Assembly (NCBI RefSeq): GCF_964355755.1
Contig: NC_092675.1
Coordinates: forward strand, 16,030,912-16,094,911
Direction: 5' to 3'
DNA: 64,000 nucleotides
Source of the DNA: Antedon mediterranea
Lineage: Eukaryota > Animalia > Echinodermata
The position numbers and the translations under genes were made by a program. Numbering within the stretch: the first letter of the stretch is position 1; every line of letters starts with the position of its first letter. Positions 25,501 to 48,400 of this stretch are shown one piece after another. The notes under the pieces are model-generated. The model was not told the origin of the DNA and ran no database searches. It saw only the letters and a list, made by a program, of their open reading frames with translations.

Positions 25501-25764
25501 GGTAATCCTTGGCCACATGTACTTAAATACATAAATAAGAAATGAATGAATGAATGAGGTTAACCCTAACATTTGATTTTCTCTACATAATAGAACAAAT
25601 CAAGTACTTGCTGTGCATGTTATATCTCTCTGGTATGTTAAGATGTGATCATTTTGAATGTGTTCTTATTTTGTTATAGAAATGAAGATGTCATTGGAGA
25701 TCTGAGAACACCAACAGAAGATGCTGAATATCAGAGGTTTACAGTAGAATTGACTGCTGTTTAA
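22590..25764 (+). CDS. Uncharacterised protein with N-myristoylation motif and C-terminal ubiquitin-like fold; exons 22590-22682, 23008-23164, 23595-23961, 25061-25171, 25680-25764; exon 3 has two in-frame TGA codons (possible pseudogene or disrupted allele)
   Basis: Start MGSAATK; canonical splice sites with matching phases. C-terminus SFKLKSADNVETLKKRVAVRLIMPVSNIHVSFGDSELVNEDVIGDL resembles a beta-grasp domain. TGA at 23870-23872 and 23882-23884. Confidence 0.6.
24578..24649 (-). mobile_element. tRNA-derived repeat head folding into a full cloverleaf, anticodon ATC (Asp-like); second copy at 53552-53624 (+)
   Basis: Acceptor stem GCCCCAG/TTGGGGC, D arm GTCT-AATGGTT-AGGAC, anticodon arm TCTGC-ATATCAA-GCAGG, T arm CCGAG-TTCGAGT-CTCGG. 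Flanks are shared with the copy at 53521-53720. Confidence 0.7.
24841..24880 (-). ncRNA. Minimal type I hammerhead ribozyme motif (Penelope-like-element type)
   Basis: Reverse strand TTGCAA-CTGATGA-A-GGGC-TAGTGTT-GCCT-GAA-AGCT-C-TGC: catalytic core CUGAUGA...GAAA, stem II GGGC/GCCT, palindromic AGCU stem III. Confidence 0.6.
25230..25558 (+). mobile_element. tRNA-derived SINE
   Basis: A-box TGGCCGAGCGG, B-box GGTTCGAGGC, (GAAT)n tail. Confidence 0.7.
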
Positions 25765-28029
25765 CACATACATGTTAATTTAATACTGTAAAGGAATTTC
25801 TATAACATTATTTTTATTTTATTACAAACAGCTTAATAATTAAAGATGTATTGTCCCTCAAAAACATGAAAAATGAAGATTAATAAAATCAGACTTTAAA
25901 TAAGCCATTTTGCTTCTGTAAAAAAAAAATTAGATTTGAACTCATCATGGTGACGAATTAGGCTAACATGCACATGCTATTTATTAGGCTTAGTCTATAG
26001 TAGGCTGCACCACAACGATTGTACAAACAGCATAGCATCGATCATTGTTAAAGCATCAACAGTTGACAGTATTGGCATTGTAAATGGTTAGTTTTTATTT
26101 TACACCACTCACGTTTATTTATTTGTTCGGAATATGATGCCCTTTCAAATGAAAAAATAGTTCATATTATGTCTGAAGGTCAAGGAGAATGGTCTTTTTA
26201 GAGATCTGCCACCAACAAAAAATGATCACAAAAGAAATATTAAATACAAAAATAATTATTTAAGAAACAGTTAATTTTAACCAAAAACCATTGTCTAACA
26301 GACAATTTGAATATTTTTTGCTTTAAATTAAATTTTTTTCAGGTAAATAATTTTTTTTTCAATCCAGTTTTTGGTCAAAGTGAACAACTATTATGTGACA
26401 TTAAAATGTCATATTCAACAAAAAATGTTTAGGGTGACAATATATCTTTAAGTTGATACACTGTGGCTAGCTATCAATGGGGTTAGATGTTTCTTGTTTT
26501 TGCTAATCTGTACAAAAGTCCAACCTAATTATTATAGGTATTAGCAGATCAAGGATTTTGAAAGATTGGGCCATCTATGGTACGAATCAAAAATTGAACT
26601 ATATTTTATGAATATTTTCAATGTAGGTTAGTTTTTAAACTGTAAATAATTGATTTGAATAAATTATGTGAACAAAATTACTGTTGTTTTGTTGATTTTC
26701 TGTTAATTTCTTTCTTCTTTCTATATATAATATACAAAGTATAATATATTTTGTTTCTTTGCTTTATGCTTTAAGAAACCGCCCGTCTGCTCCGCATTAT
26801 GTGTAAATGTGTGAAGGAATAACATAGATTCAGTATTTTTATTAACGTTACTGCTCGTCTGTGTAAATTGGTTAAAGTCAATTCATACAAAATTAAGAAC
26901 GAACAATCAACTGTTTGATTTGGGTAACCACTAGACTTTTATTGAATACTTCTAACTGTAAACACGGTCATTTAACTTTTTTAATTTTCAAATGATGTTA
27001 AATATTGCATTATATTTCTATTAGATTATTTAAATAACTACATGGAAGAAATAATAATATAAGCAAACACTTTATACATATTTGTGACCTTTTGGTTGGG
27101 TCTTTGTTTTAAACATTAAAACAGAATAAAATATAAATACGGTAGATAATTTATAAAACTGAAAAAATGACTTCTCTGAAAATATCAATGTGGAATCAAC
27201 AGAAAATCACAATATAGATTAAAAGTACTGTACAATAACTAGGCCATATAAACTTTAGCTTACACTTAATTTCGGCAATTGCAATAAAATGTTCATTATG
27301 GGGTGTATGTAAATGTTGTAACGTTCACTGGAGGAGGATCCAGGATTTTGAAATATTGGGGGGGGGGGGGAAATGGATGAATGCCTCGAATCAGTACAAT
27401 GAAATGAAGTGACGGTAAAGTAACTAATATTATTAAATCAGCTGCTTTATCAAATGAAATAATTCGGTATATTCTTATGATTTGATCTTGCTATGTTATA
27501 AAAATTATCCTAATTTTTCCTCAATTTTTGTGCATGCATAAAATTAATGTTGATTTTGTTGATCAACAAACAAAGTATTTTCCATACATTTTTAAAACAT
27601 TATATTAGGCTTGGTTACCACCAAGACGCAACACAATGACATAATTGACAACGAAAGTAATTTGACCAATACGACGCAATCTGTCACCCAAAATATTGCT
27701 TGTGATTGGTCAACTAACTCGTGCTGTGCCTACGTTGTTACGTCCAAGTGGGAACCAAGCTTTATAAAAATGTTCAAATCCTCTTCCAAGGCCATGATAT
27801 CTTGTACAGGAATACAAAACACCTTGTACCCAAGGATCCTTAGAGATATACAGGTAAATAACTACAAGTACCTATCTTGAACAAACAACAGGGAACAATT
27901 AGTTTGAAAATCAGCAACAAGTTTTTCATAAGCTTAAACTGGAAAATACTAGCGTCTATATACAGTGGGCATGTAATGATTAAATACAGAAGTATGAAGA
28001 AGTATGGGCTTTGCTTTACAGAAACTATG

Positions 28030-28535
28030 CCGTATTATATAACACCTAAATAAATTCCTGTCATTTGATTTGACGAATGTGGGTCACATAGCGTGCAATA
28101 GTATGCACTATTAAACAATTTGAATGGTTTTTTTTTTGTGATGGAAGTACATTTCTTGAGAGATATATGTACTAATTTAGATCAAAAAGCTAGTACTAGG
28201 CCTAGCCTAGGCCCGTTAGTATTAGGCAAGCCTATAGCCTAGGCGTTTTAGACTAGCTAGGCCTAGGATTGTTAGGTCGTTTGACATAATTAACACTAAG
28301 TAGGTGTGTTTATAAATCCATATAAATATAACATTTAATATAATTTTATTAAAAACCAAATGTTACTGTTTTAATCAATGTGAATGAAATGTAGGCCTTG
28401 GCTACGGCTACCTTTTATTTGATTCTAATGACAGGAATCTATTTAGATGTTATATAAAACAAATAATGAATGTTTTATATTTGTGTAATGGTACAAATAA
28501 TGGCATTTGGCACCTCATGCCATTATTTATACCAT
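28030..28535. mobile_element. Interspersed repeat family shared with ~43090-43592 and ~55940-56728
   Basis: Shared blocks TTATATAACACCTAAATAAATT...GGGTCACAT.GCGTGCAATAGT and GTAATGGTACAAATAATGGCAT. Confidence 0.6.
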
Positions 28536-28888
28536 TAAAATTAAAAAATGTGATGTGCCCATATATGGACACAATGATATCATATCACTACCATATTTGG
28601 GCACATCGCACTTTTTTGTCAAATCTAATTTGATAGTGTAGACCGAGCATTACAATGTATTCTCAAACATTTAGTACACACAAGTATTTTCATTTTGTAA
28701 AAGCTCATCTTTTTAATCTACATTTATATTCATACTGGCTTTCAGCTTGGCTAACAATTGATTACACAACACCTACTTTCCTCTAGCCAAGAATTTCAGT
28801 AAAACATGGATTTTAAACTCATCGAGTTAATAAAAAAAATTAATTAACTGCTTAAACTCTAATTCAAGTATCACACACTTTTGACCTA

Positions 28889-39113
<10,225 letters not shown>

Positions 39114-39414
39114 TCTTAATATGTTAAATTAAACATCTTTTTTCCCCTCGGCACTATTTTTATTTTCCACATCTCTATCAATCATCTGGTCTCTGACCTC
39201 AAACGCAATTTGGGCAAAATTAATTTAACAATGTAAATACCTTTAAATATAGATAATATATATTAAATAGTAAAAACAAATTATAGTTTATGTGATATAT
39301 AAAAAATAAGATATTTTTCAGTAGGCCTAGTATGCATAATAATAAATACGCTATAAAGTAGTTCTTGCCCGAGCCTAGTAATAGTATGCTGCTGCCACCA
39401 CACAGAAAATAAAC
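39114..39414. promoter_or_regulatory. Compact bidirectional promoter/5' UTR region of TRIM23 and TRAPPC13
   Basis: Divergent ATGs at 39113 (-) and 39415 (+), separated by 301 bp. Confidence 0.75.
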
Positions 39415-42400
39415 ATGGAGGGGAGTAGCAATCGCGATAAAGAGCATTTACTGTCTTTAAAAGGTATCCTTTGTAAACAACACATTTTAAAATAAGTTTT
39501 AGTTATAAAACTGTATCTTGCTGAAAAACATATACTAACTACGGATCAACTGCCGTTTTGGCTCCGGAGTTTTTTTTAGGGTTATTCCATTATTAAAGTG
39601 GGGGTGTGTGGTTATGAATATTGTGTGCAGGTACGTCAATAGAAATGACATTGAGAGCCCTCTTCTGTCAGTTGACTGGTTCCCGGTCTACCGCCTTGTA
39701 ATTGACTTAATCATGATCGAATTCCAACAACTTAAGAATATACAAAATGTTTACATAATTATATAACAATGTAGATCTATCTAATAATGTTTTTATTTTT
39801 TTGCAGATAAAGGAGGATCATCAATAAAATAAAATGATAAAAATTCCAGGCATTTAATATACGGTTTAGCCTACTGATAAAATATAATGTACCAATGAAA
39901 TAAACCTGGTGTTCTGAAACATATTTTAATAACTTTTGCCGGCCTAGCGCCTTTGTGTATCTAAATCTATCTAAATAATTAAGTTAGTACAGTATTAACA
40001 AATAAAGGGTTAGGGTTATGTATTGAATAAAATGATAGAAATGAGGCATTATCTAATAATGTTTTTATTGATTTTTTTTCCAGTTTTTTATAGTTTTAAA
40101 ATTCAAGTACCGTTTTTATAGTTTTATGTATCCTGTAAATGCTAACCTAAAAACGTTATCTGAATGTTTCCTTTTACGTTATAGAAATGAATAACGGTTA
40201 TTAGTGAACCTAAACATTAACCAAACACTAACGTTAGAAAACCACTATGTGTTTGCTGGACTGCCACAATGGAACAATAGACCTAGGCATGTTAAACAAA
40301 GAAATCACGTCAAAGCAGGGTGGAGACGGAATTTTAAGACAAAAGCGTTCTATACAAATGCAAATCATTCATGTATACTTTTTACAAATTTTGTTTAGTT
40401 TCTTTATTAAAAGATTTTGATATGTTGTTATATATAAATATTCTAATACATAGAATAGCAAAATTATCATAATACATAGGATAGCAAAAAATAAACCAAA
40501 CATAACAACAACAAAATTAAATTGATAATGTATTTTTATTCAGAAATTCATTTCAATAATATAAATATTTTTTATTAAATTTCATCATTATTTACTTACA
40601 ATTAATTAATTACTTAACTTACATTACAGTAACTGAATAAATGGTACATAAAATTACTAAATAATTGCACATAAAATGCAGGTTATAATAAAGACATAAG
40701 TATACATATAATGGTACAGGTTATAAATATTTAAATTACGCTTTTTAAATGTAATTATAATAATTAATGATGAGAACACTTACGGTTACGAGTAGACATG
40801 TACATCGGTACATTACAGTACGAGCAATCCTTGGCAGTTGGATAAAAACCCCTTCGTTGGAAAAAGTCCAGGTAGTCATCAAATCCATTAAACAAATGTG
40901 GTCCTATCTTCGGCAGCATGGTCCTTGGTTTAAATCGCAGTAAAATCAAATCGAATATTTTTTTATATATAGAACGCTTTTGTCTTAAAATTCCGTCTCC
41001 ACCCTGCTTTGACGTGATTTCTTTGTTTAACATGCCTAGGTCTATTGTTCCATTGTGGCAGTCCAGCAAACACATAGTGGTTTTCTAACGTTAGTGTTTG
41101 GTTAATGTTTAGGTTCACTAATAACCGTTATTCATTTCTATAACGTAAAAGGAAACATTCAGATAACGTTTTTAGGTTAGCATTTACAGGATACATAAAA
41201 CTATAAAAACGGTACTTGAATTTTAAAACTATAAAAAACTGGAAAAAAAATCAATAAAAACATTATTAGATAATGCCTCATTTCTATCATTTTATTCAAT
41301 ACATAACCCTAACCCTTTATTTGTTAATACTGTACTAACTTAATTATTTAGATAGATTTAGATACACAAAGGCGCTAGGCCGGCAAAAGTTATTAAAATA
41401 TGTTTCAGAACACCAGGTTTATTTCATTGGTACATTATATTTTATCAGTAAACCGTATATTAAATGCCTGGAATTTTTATCATTTTATTTTATTGATGAT
41501 CCTCCTTTATCTGCAAAAAAATAAAAACATTATTAGATAGATCTACATTGTTATATAATTATGTAAACATTTTGTATATTCTTAAGTTGTTGGAATTCGA
41601 TCATGATTAAGTCAATTACAAGGCGGTAGACCGGGAACCAGTCAACTGACAGAAGAGGGCTCTCAATGTCATTTCTATTGACGTACCTGCACACAATATT
41701 CATAACCACACACCCCCACTTTAATAATGGAATAACCCTAAAAAAAACTCCGGAGCCAAAACGGCAGTTGATCCCTAACTACTTTTGCTAGAGGCCCGGA
41801 GGGGCTATACTAGTCAGGGCTAGCCTAGGCCCGGGTGGGGGGTGGGGGAAACAGACGATCGGTTAGGACGATACGGCCCGGGACTATTCGGCCCGCTTTT
41901 GGTGGGACGATTCGGCCCACTTATGGGCCGAAACATCCCACTTTGTGGGCCGAAACTGCATTAGCGCCGAAACCTCTCACTTAGTTTTAGACCAGATTTA
42001 TAATAATTTTTTTGGGTATTTATCAAGTTTTTAAAGGTGTTTAACAATCCGTATTTTATTGATATTGACAATTTTGATATAATATATAGGCCTACCTAGG
42101 CCTAATATTAATAATAATAAATTACTAAAAAACGTAATTTTATATTCAACTTATTGCTTCCAAAACCTTGTTTATTTCGTGCATTCGCCAAGCGGCCAAC
42201 AGAGGGCGTAACTTGTTTCATCATTCGTGTTACTAAAAAATTATCATTTTCAACAATGTTTTCAAAATGTTTGCTTTATTGCATCTTTATCCCTAGTAGT
42301 ACTACCCCATAGTCTCTCTCTGAAAATACATTTTTGGGAAAAAAGCTTATTTTATGCTTATAAAAATGCATATCAAAGTCAATAAATTTAAGTGTGCCAA

Positions 42401-45400
42401 ATCGTCTCAGCTCAGGGCCGAATCGTCCCCGGCCGAATCGTCCCGGGCCGAATAGTCCCGGGCCAAATCGTCTTGGGCCGAGTTGTCGTTTCAAAGAGTA
42501 TTATTATGCTAATTTAATATTATATTAATATTTTATTACAGGTGACTGAGGAGAGGATGTTCTTTTACAAATTACCGTTATTGTAAAAATATGATTGTTT
42601 ATAATTTAATAATAATTAAATGTTAACATTGTTTAAAATAAATGCAATCATTTTAATATAATGGACATCAATAGTCGGATAATTGTATGTGGTTGTAGGA
42701 GATGAGACGAATAAATCTTCCTGTACTGTGCGCCTGTTCTTCAGCACGTGATTTTGTTTACCGTGATACAATCCGGGGATTCCCCTAAAATAAAACGTAG
42801 CATGTTCGGAATAAACATTAAAGCAGTAAACTAACAGTAGCCTGCCAAAAGTATTTGAAACAGTTTGAATTTATAGTTTCAATTTCAATAAAACAAAAAA
42901 ACATTTTTTAAACTATTTTCTAAAAGAACACATTAAAATTCATTGAAACCTTTTACTTTACTTAAAAAATGACACCGATCAAGGTTTAAAAAATGTCAAT
43001 AGTATTATTAAAATTTCTATATTCAAAATTGACTAAAAAATTAAAAACGTATCCAGTGTGATCGATTTCATCTAACACCGGCAAGGCCACCAGCAAAGGC
43101 TCTCTGAGGCGCTAGCTACTAGACTAGGCCTAACACTCTAGCTAGATAGGCCTAGAGGCACGGCCTAGCCTATTAATAACAGGTCTAGGCCTACTAGCTA
43201 CGGAAATTTGACAGGCAACTGGAACTCACCTAGGCTAATTATGTTTTTTCCAACGATTCCACGTCTTGTAGAGATGTTCCCATTAATTACTCAAAATCCT
43301 ACAAACGATCTAAAGCTAATTTAAATGCCTTTTTGATCTAAATTAATACAAAAATGTACTTCCATCGCGAAACCAGTTATAACATTCAACAGCGGCGAAA
43401 GTACAAAATAGGTGGCGCTGTTGTATTTCAAAACCATAGTATAAAAAAAATATTTTCCAAACGCGAAAAGATTTTTTTTCGTACACAAAAAAATTACTAT
43501 TAAATGATTGTTTAATAGTGCGTACTATTGCATGCCATGTGACCCACAAATATCCAATCAAATGGCAGTAATTTATTTAGGTGTTATATAAAGTGGGTTT
43601 ATAGAATTGACATGTGCATTATTAATATTGTTAACTTTTAATTTGTAATAACCATAACTGTAGCTTCAATGCCAAACATCACTCATCACTTCCATTTCTA
43701 AATTAAACCTAATCAGTTTTTACATTAAAAATAACAATTATTGTTTTCTTTATTTTATTTTAGTGATGAGACTTACAAAACCATCATTTATTAGCCTAGC
43801 ACCTGTGCTGTGTGAGGCTAATGACATAGCAGGTATGTACAATAAACTGAGGTAATGACAAATATTTATAAAAAATACTACTAACTATATAGAATAGAAG
43901 TGAGGATACGATATTGAAAGTACAGAAACATTAAACAGTCAAAATGAAAATATAAAGAGCAGGCATTTTTTAAATTTTTACATAGAAGATTAAAAATATA
44001 TTAGTAGAAATGTAAATTACTATAATCCATAATTTAGATTACTAGACAAAGTAATCAAAAGCTAGCCAGCTAATTTATTAATAGTTTGTATCATTATATT
44101 TTCTGTGTGTTTTTGTTAATAGGTGGAGATAAGTTAACAGATGTAAAACCAACCTTAGCCAATGTTAAGGATATTCCATCTTTTGCAGTTAGTGAAATGT
44201 TAACTCTACCACAGAATTTTGGGTAAGTTATCTTTTTTAATTTTTTTTATAAATTACAGTATTACAATACTACATACAATCCTATCAATGAAGTTTATTG
44301 ATTTTATAGCATTTTTATCAGATAATTGAGGAATACTTTACAGTTATTCAAATGGGCCTGGAAAGTCATGGAAATATGGTAGTGATATGACATCATCGTG
44401 TCCATATATCACATTGGTTTTGTCATATAAATTTGATAGTGTACACATAGCCTATTGAGAAAGTTATTGCGGATATTTGATGAGGTTTATATGCAATATA
44501 GAAATTAATTCAATTTTACTAATTTATTGTTTATAAAAACAGGAGTATCTACTTAGGAGAAACTTTTGCAAGTTATGTAAATGTGCACAATGACAGCCAG
44601 AGCAAAGTATCTGACATTCAAGTTAAAACTGACCTTCAAACAGCTTCTCAGAGATTGACTCTATCAACGACGACAACTCCTAACAATGCTGACTTAGATC
44701 CAGAGGGCTCTATTGATGATGTAGTCAACCATGAAGTGAAAGAGCTTGGCACTCACATGTAACAAGTTTAATAAAATCATATTATTTTATATCTTTCAAA
44801 TATTTGTCTTACCCTTAAAGATGTATTGTCCCCCTTAAAAAATAATTCTTAAAAATGTTGTTGTTGAATATTCCATTTGAATGTAACATAATAGTTGTCC
44901 ACTTTGAACAAAAATTGAATCGAAAAAAAATGTATTTACCAGAAAAAAAAATGTAATTCAAAGCAAAAAATGGTCAAATTGGCTGCCAACCAATGGATTT
45001 TTGGTTGAATTTAACCATTGATTTTGTCATTTTATAAGTGAAAACATGATTTTTTTCGTTTCTTTTTCTATGGAAGTGACTTTATTGAAACTACAAAAAT
45101 AACATAATTATTCAAAGTCTGATTTAATTAATCTTCATTTTTCATGTTTTTGGGGGACAATACATTTTTAATGTCAGTTTAAAAGTTAAAAAGAAACATC
45201 CATTGGTGACGGTCTACGGTAGCTTTCGTCTCTCCTCAGTGCTGCACTTTCATGTTTAATGTCACATGCTGACATTTTATACAATTTATGATGAGGCCTA
45301 TTTATGATGAGGCCTATTTATGATGAGGCCTATTTATGATGAGGCCTATTTATGATGAGGCCTATTTATGATGAGGCCTATTTATGATGAGGCCTATTTA

Positions 45401-48400
45401 TGATGAGGCCTATTTATGATGAGGCCTATTTATGATGAGGCCTATTTATGATGAGGCCTATTTATGATGAGTCCTATTTATGATGAGGCCTATTTGTGAT
45501 GAGGCCTATTTATGATGAGGCCTATTTAGGATGAGGCCTATTTTGTTATTAAAAGTATTATATTACAGTATGCATCGGCCATAGGTTACAATTCTGCATA
45601 GTTAGAATACAAAAAAAATCAACAATTATTGTCACAAAAACTGTCTTTATATTTCTAAAAAATTAAATACTTAAAGAAAAAGTTGAATGTCATGGTAATA
45701 GATTTATTTCTTATTTGTAGCTTAGTATGTGCAGTAAGCTATGCAGCACCTTCTGGAGAGAAAATGTATTTTAGAAAGTTTTTTAAATTCCAAGTAAGTA
45801 AACAATCAATTGTTGTGTTATAAGATAGATTTAAAGGGAATACAATGTTTGTTGGGCCACTGTTTAACATGGTTACAATATTTGCATTGACCACGTGGTA
45901 ACATGACGAGACTCGAACCTGCAACCTCCCGCTGACAAGGCAAGCGTCATAACCATTAGACTCATGGTAAACTGATAAGTTGTATCACACAATATGTTCG
46001 TATTCAACAAGGTGTTTTGTTTAATAGATATTTGCATGCAATCTTTATTTGAATTTACATAAATATGCTTCTACTTTTTTGATATAGGTTTTGAAACCAC
46101 TTGATGTTAAAACGAAGTTCTACAATGCAGAGGTAAATTATCTAACATTTTCTAATACACACAGTAATTTAATCTTTGTGTCTAGGTATTAATTCACTAT
46201 TTATTCCATACACTATGTGTGCACATTATGCATAAACATTGTATGGCATAGTAACAAAGTATATCATGCTTCATTGCTTATATCGGGTGTCTAGGTTCAA
46301 TTAAAATAATTATTCAGCAACAACCGTGTAAACTTCTACTCAAGTCTCACCAGAGACCAGACAAGCCCACACTGGGCTTACGAGAAGGTACAAGATTTGA
46401 AAATTTTCAATTATTATTACTAGGTTTATAAAATAAAATTGTATTACTTTATAATGTGCCCACTGAATAGGATTGGCTATAGTGTTTAAACATGTATTGC
46501 ACTTTGTTTGTTTCAAGTGAATGTGTCCCCTGAATAGAGGTGTCCATTTAATAGGGATGTCCCCTGAATAGGAGTGTCTCTTTAATAAGGATGTCCCCTG
46601 AATAGAGGTGTCCATTTAGGATGTCCCCTGAATAGGAGTGTCTCTTTAATAAGGATGTCCCCTGAATAGAGGTGTCCATTTAGGATGTCCCCTGAATAGA
46701 GGTGTCCATTTAATAGGGATGTCCCCTGAATAGAGGTGTCCATTTAGGATGTCCCCTGAATAGGAGTGTCTCTTTAATAAGGATGTCCCCTGAATAGGAG
46801 TGTCTTTTTAATTGAGTGTGTCTCTTTAATATGGATGTCCCCTGAATAGAAGAACAGTATATTGTACATGAAACCTGTAATATACATATTTAAACGTTAC
46901 ATAGGAGGAAACCGTGAATAGGGGTCATCAATGACTGAAACAGTCTCTTAAAGTGACAGTATCAAGAGGCCAAAAGCATGTTTATTCTGAAGTGACATAG
47001 TGGATGGCAGTGAGCAGTGCTTTCCACATTGTATCACAAAATATCATGACAACAGCATCTTGCTAATTTTTAGAACAAAATGATCAAATAACAACTTTCG
47101 TACTTATAAATCGGGTAGTAGACACAATTTATAACATTTTTATAAACAGAGCAAGAACTTGATAGGTTTAAAATAATCGATATAAAAACAGACGTGTCAC
47201 ACCTCATCCTAGTACCAGGCCTCCTATAGTAGCATTGAATCGCACCTAAATTTGATTAGATAATTAATAAATAGCATAAATAATTAGTTGAATTACTAAA
47301 ACAAATTGTAGTTCACATTTATAATTAGTAGTTATTCATATATTTTCCGAACTTATCAAGTCCATGTTTTGCGGTACATCTGAGATAGATATCCATGAAG
47401 GAGATTTTTCCCAAGTTTTTCCATTGTGCTCACCTATGTCTGAATTAAGCATAATTTATATAGATGCTCACTAATTTAAGTGAAATGTAATTTAATAACA
47501 ATTTTTGTAGTAAAACTTTTTTAATCTGCTATGTGTATTTAATTGGAATTGAAGACTATGAGGGTCCCTGAATTTCATCTGGTATTATTTTGTCCAGCTG
47601 GAATGGTTACCCTTTATAAATAATGTTTAAATAAAACATTGATTAATTAATTCAGATTTAAGCAAAAGTAATAATTTAGTATTACAATATTTCTATTCTT
47701 TAAATAATGATCACTTCCTCTCTTTTAACGTGCTTCATTTAATCACAGGACTACAGACGCTTTCGTGGGAGAGTGTTTTATGCAGTATGAATCTTGACTT
47801 ACTATTGGTGTATTTTTTGTAAATTCTGTTTAGCTGTCAAGTCAGATTTATTTTTAGTTTGCAAGTAAACTGTTGTTTTTATTCATTTTTTTGCCTGAAA
47901 TATATGTAGTAGGTTTTTTTTATAGATAGTGGTGATTAAAAATGTTTTCTTAATTTCATTTTTTGCATCTCATTCTCGTATACCGTATTTATTCGAACAA
48001 GCCCCTCCATGAATAAATCCCCCTCCCCCTTCCACATAGAACACATTTCTATTTGTAGAAGAATTAATTGATTGACATGATATACAATTTACCAAACATT
48101 TTTCACTGTATTTTATCACTTCTTGATAATTAATTATGTCACATCTAGGGGGATTTATTTGATTATACATGGGACCATATTACACCCAAAAATAAATGCC
48201 TCCCCCGAATAAACGCCTTCCTTTAAATAAATTTACCCCTAAAAACCATACTAAACAATAAACGCCCGAAGCGTTTTATTGAATGGATGGTATGTATATT
48301 ATATGTAAAGAATAATATTCTGATACTGACACACTTTTTTTGTAAGAAATTTATTTTCGTTTTAGTCTTGTATTAGTTGAATAGTAAATGTTCATGTGGT

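Noticed and set aside
26600-26660. Possible SECIS (ATGA...AAA...TGAT) downstream of the TGA-containing gene
   Set aside because: The stem is weak, mismatched and AT-only, as expected by chance at this base composition.
45284-45543. Tandem TGATGAGGCC resembling multimeric hammerhead cores
   Set aside because: No leading C of CUGAUGA, no GAAA and no stems; it is a simple 16-bp minisatellite.
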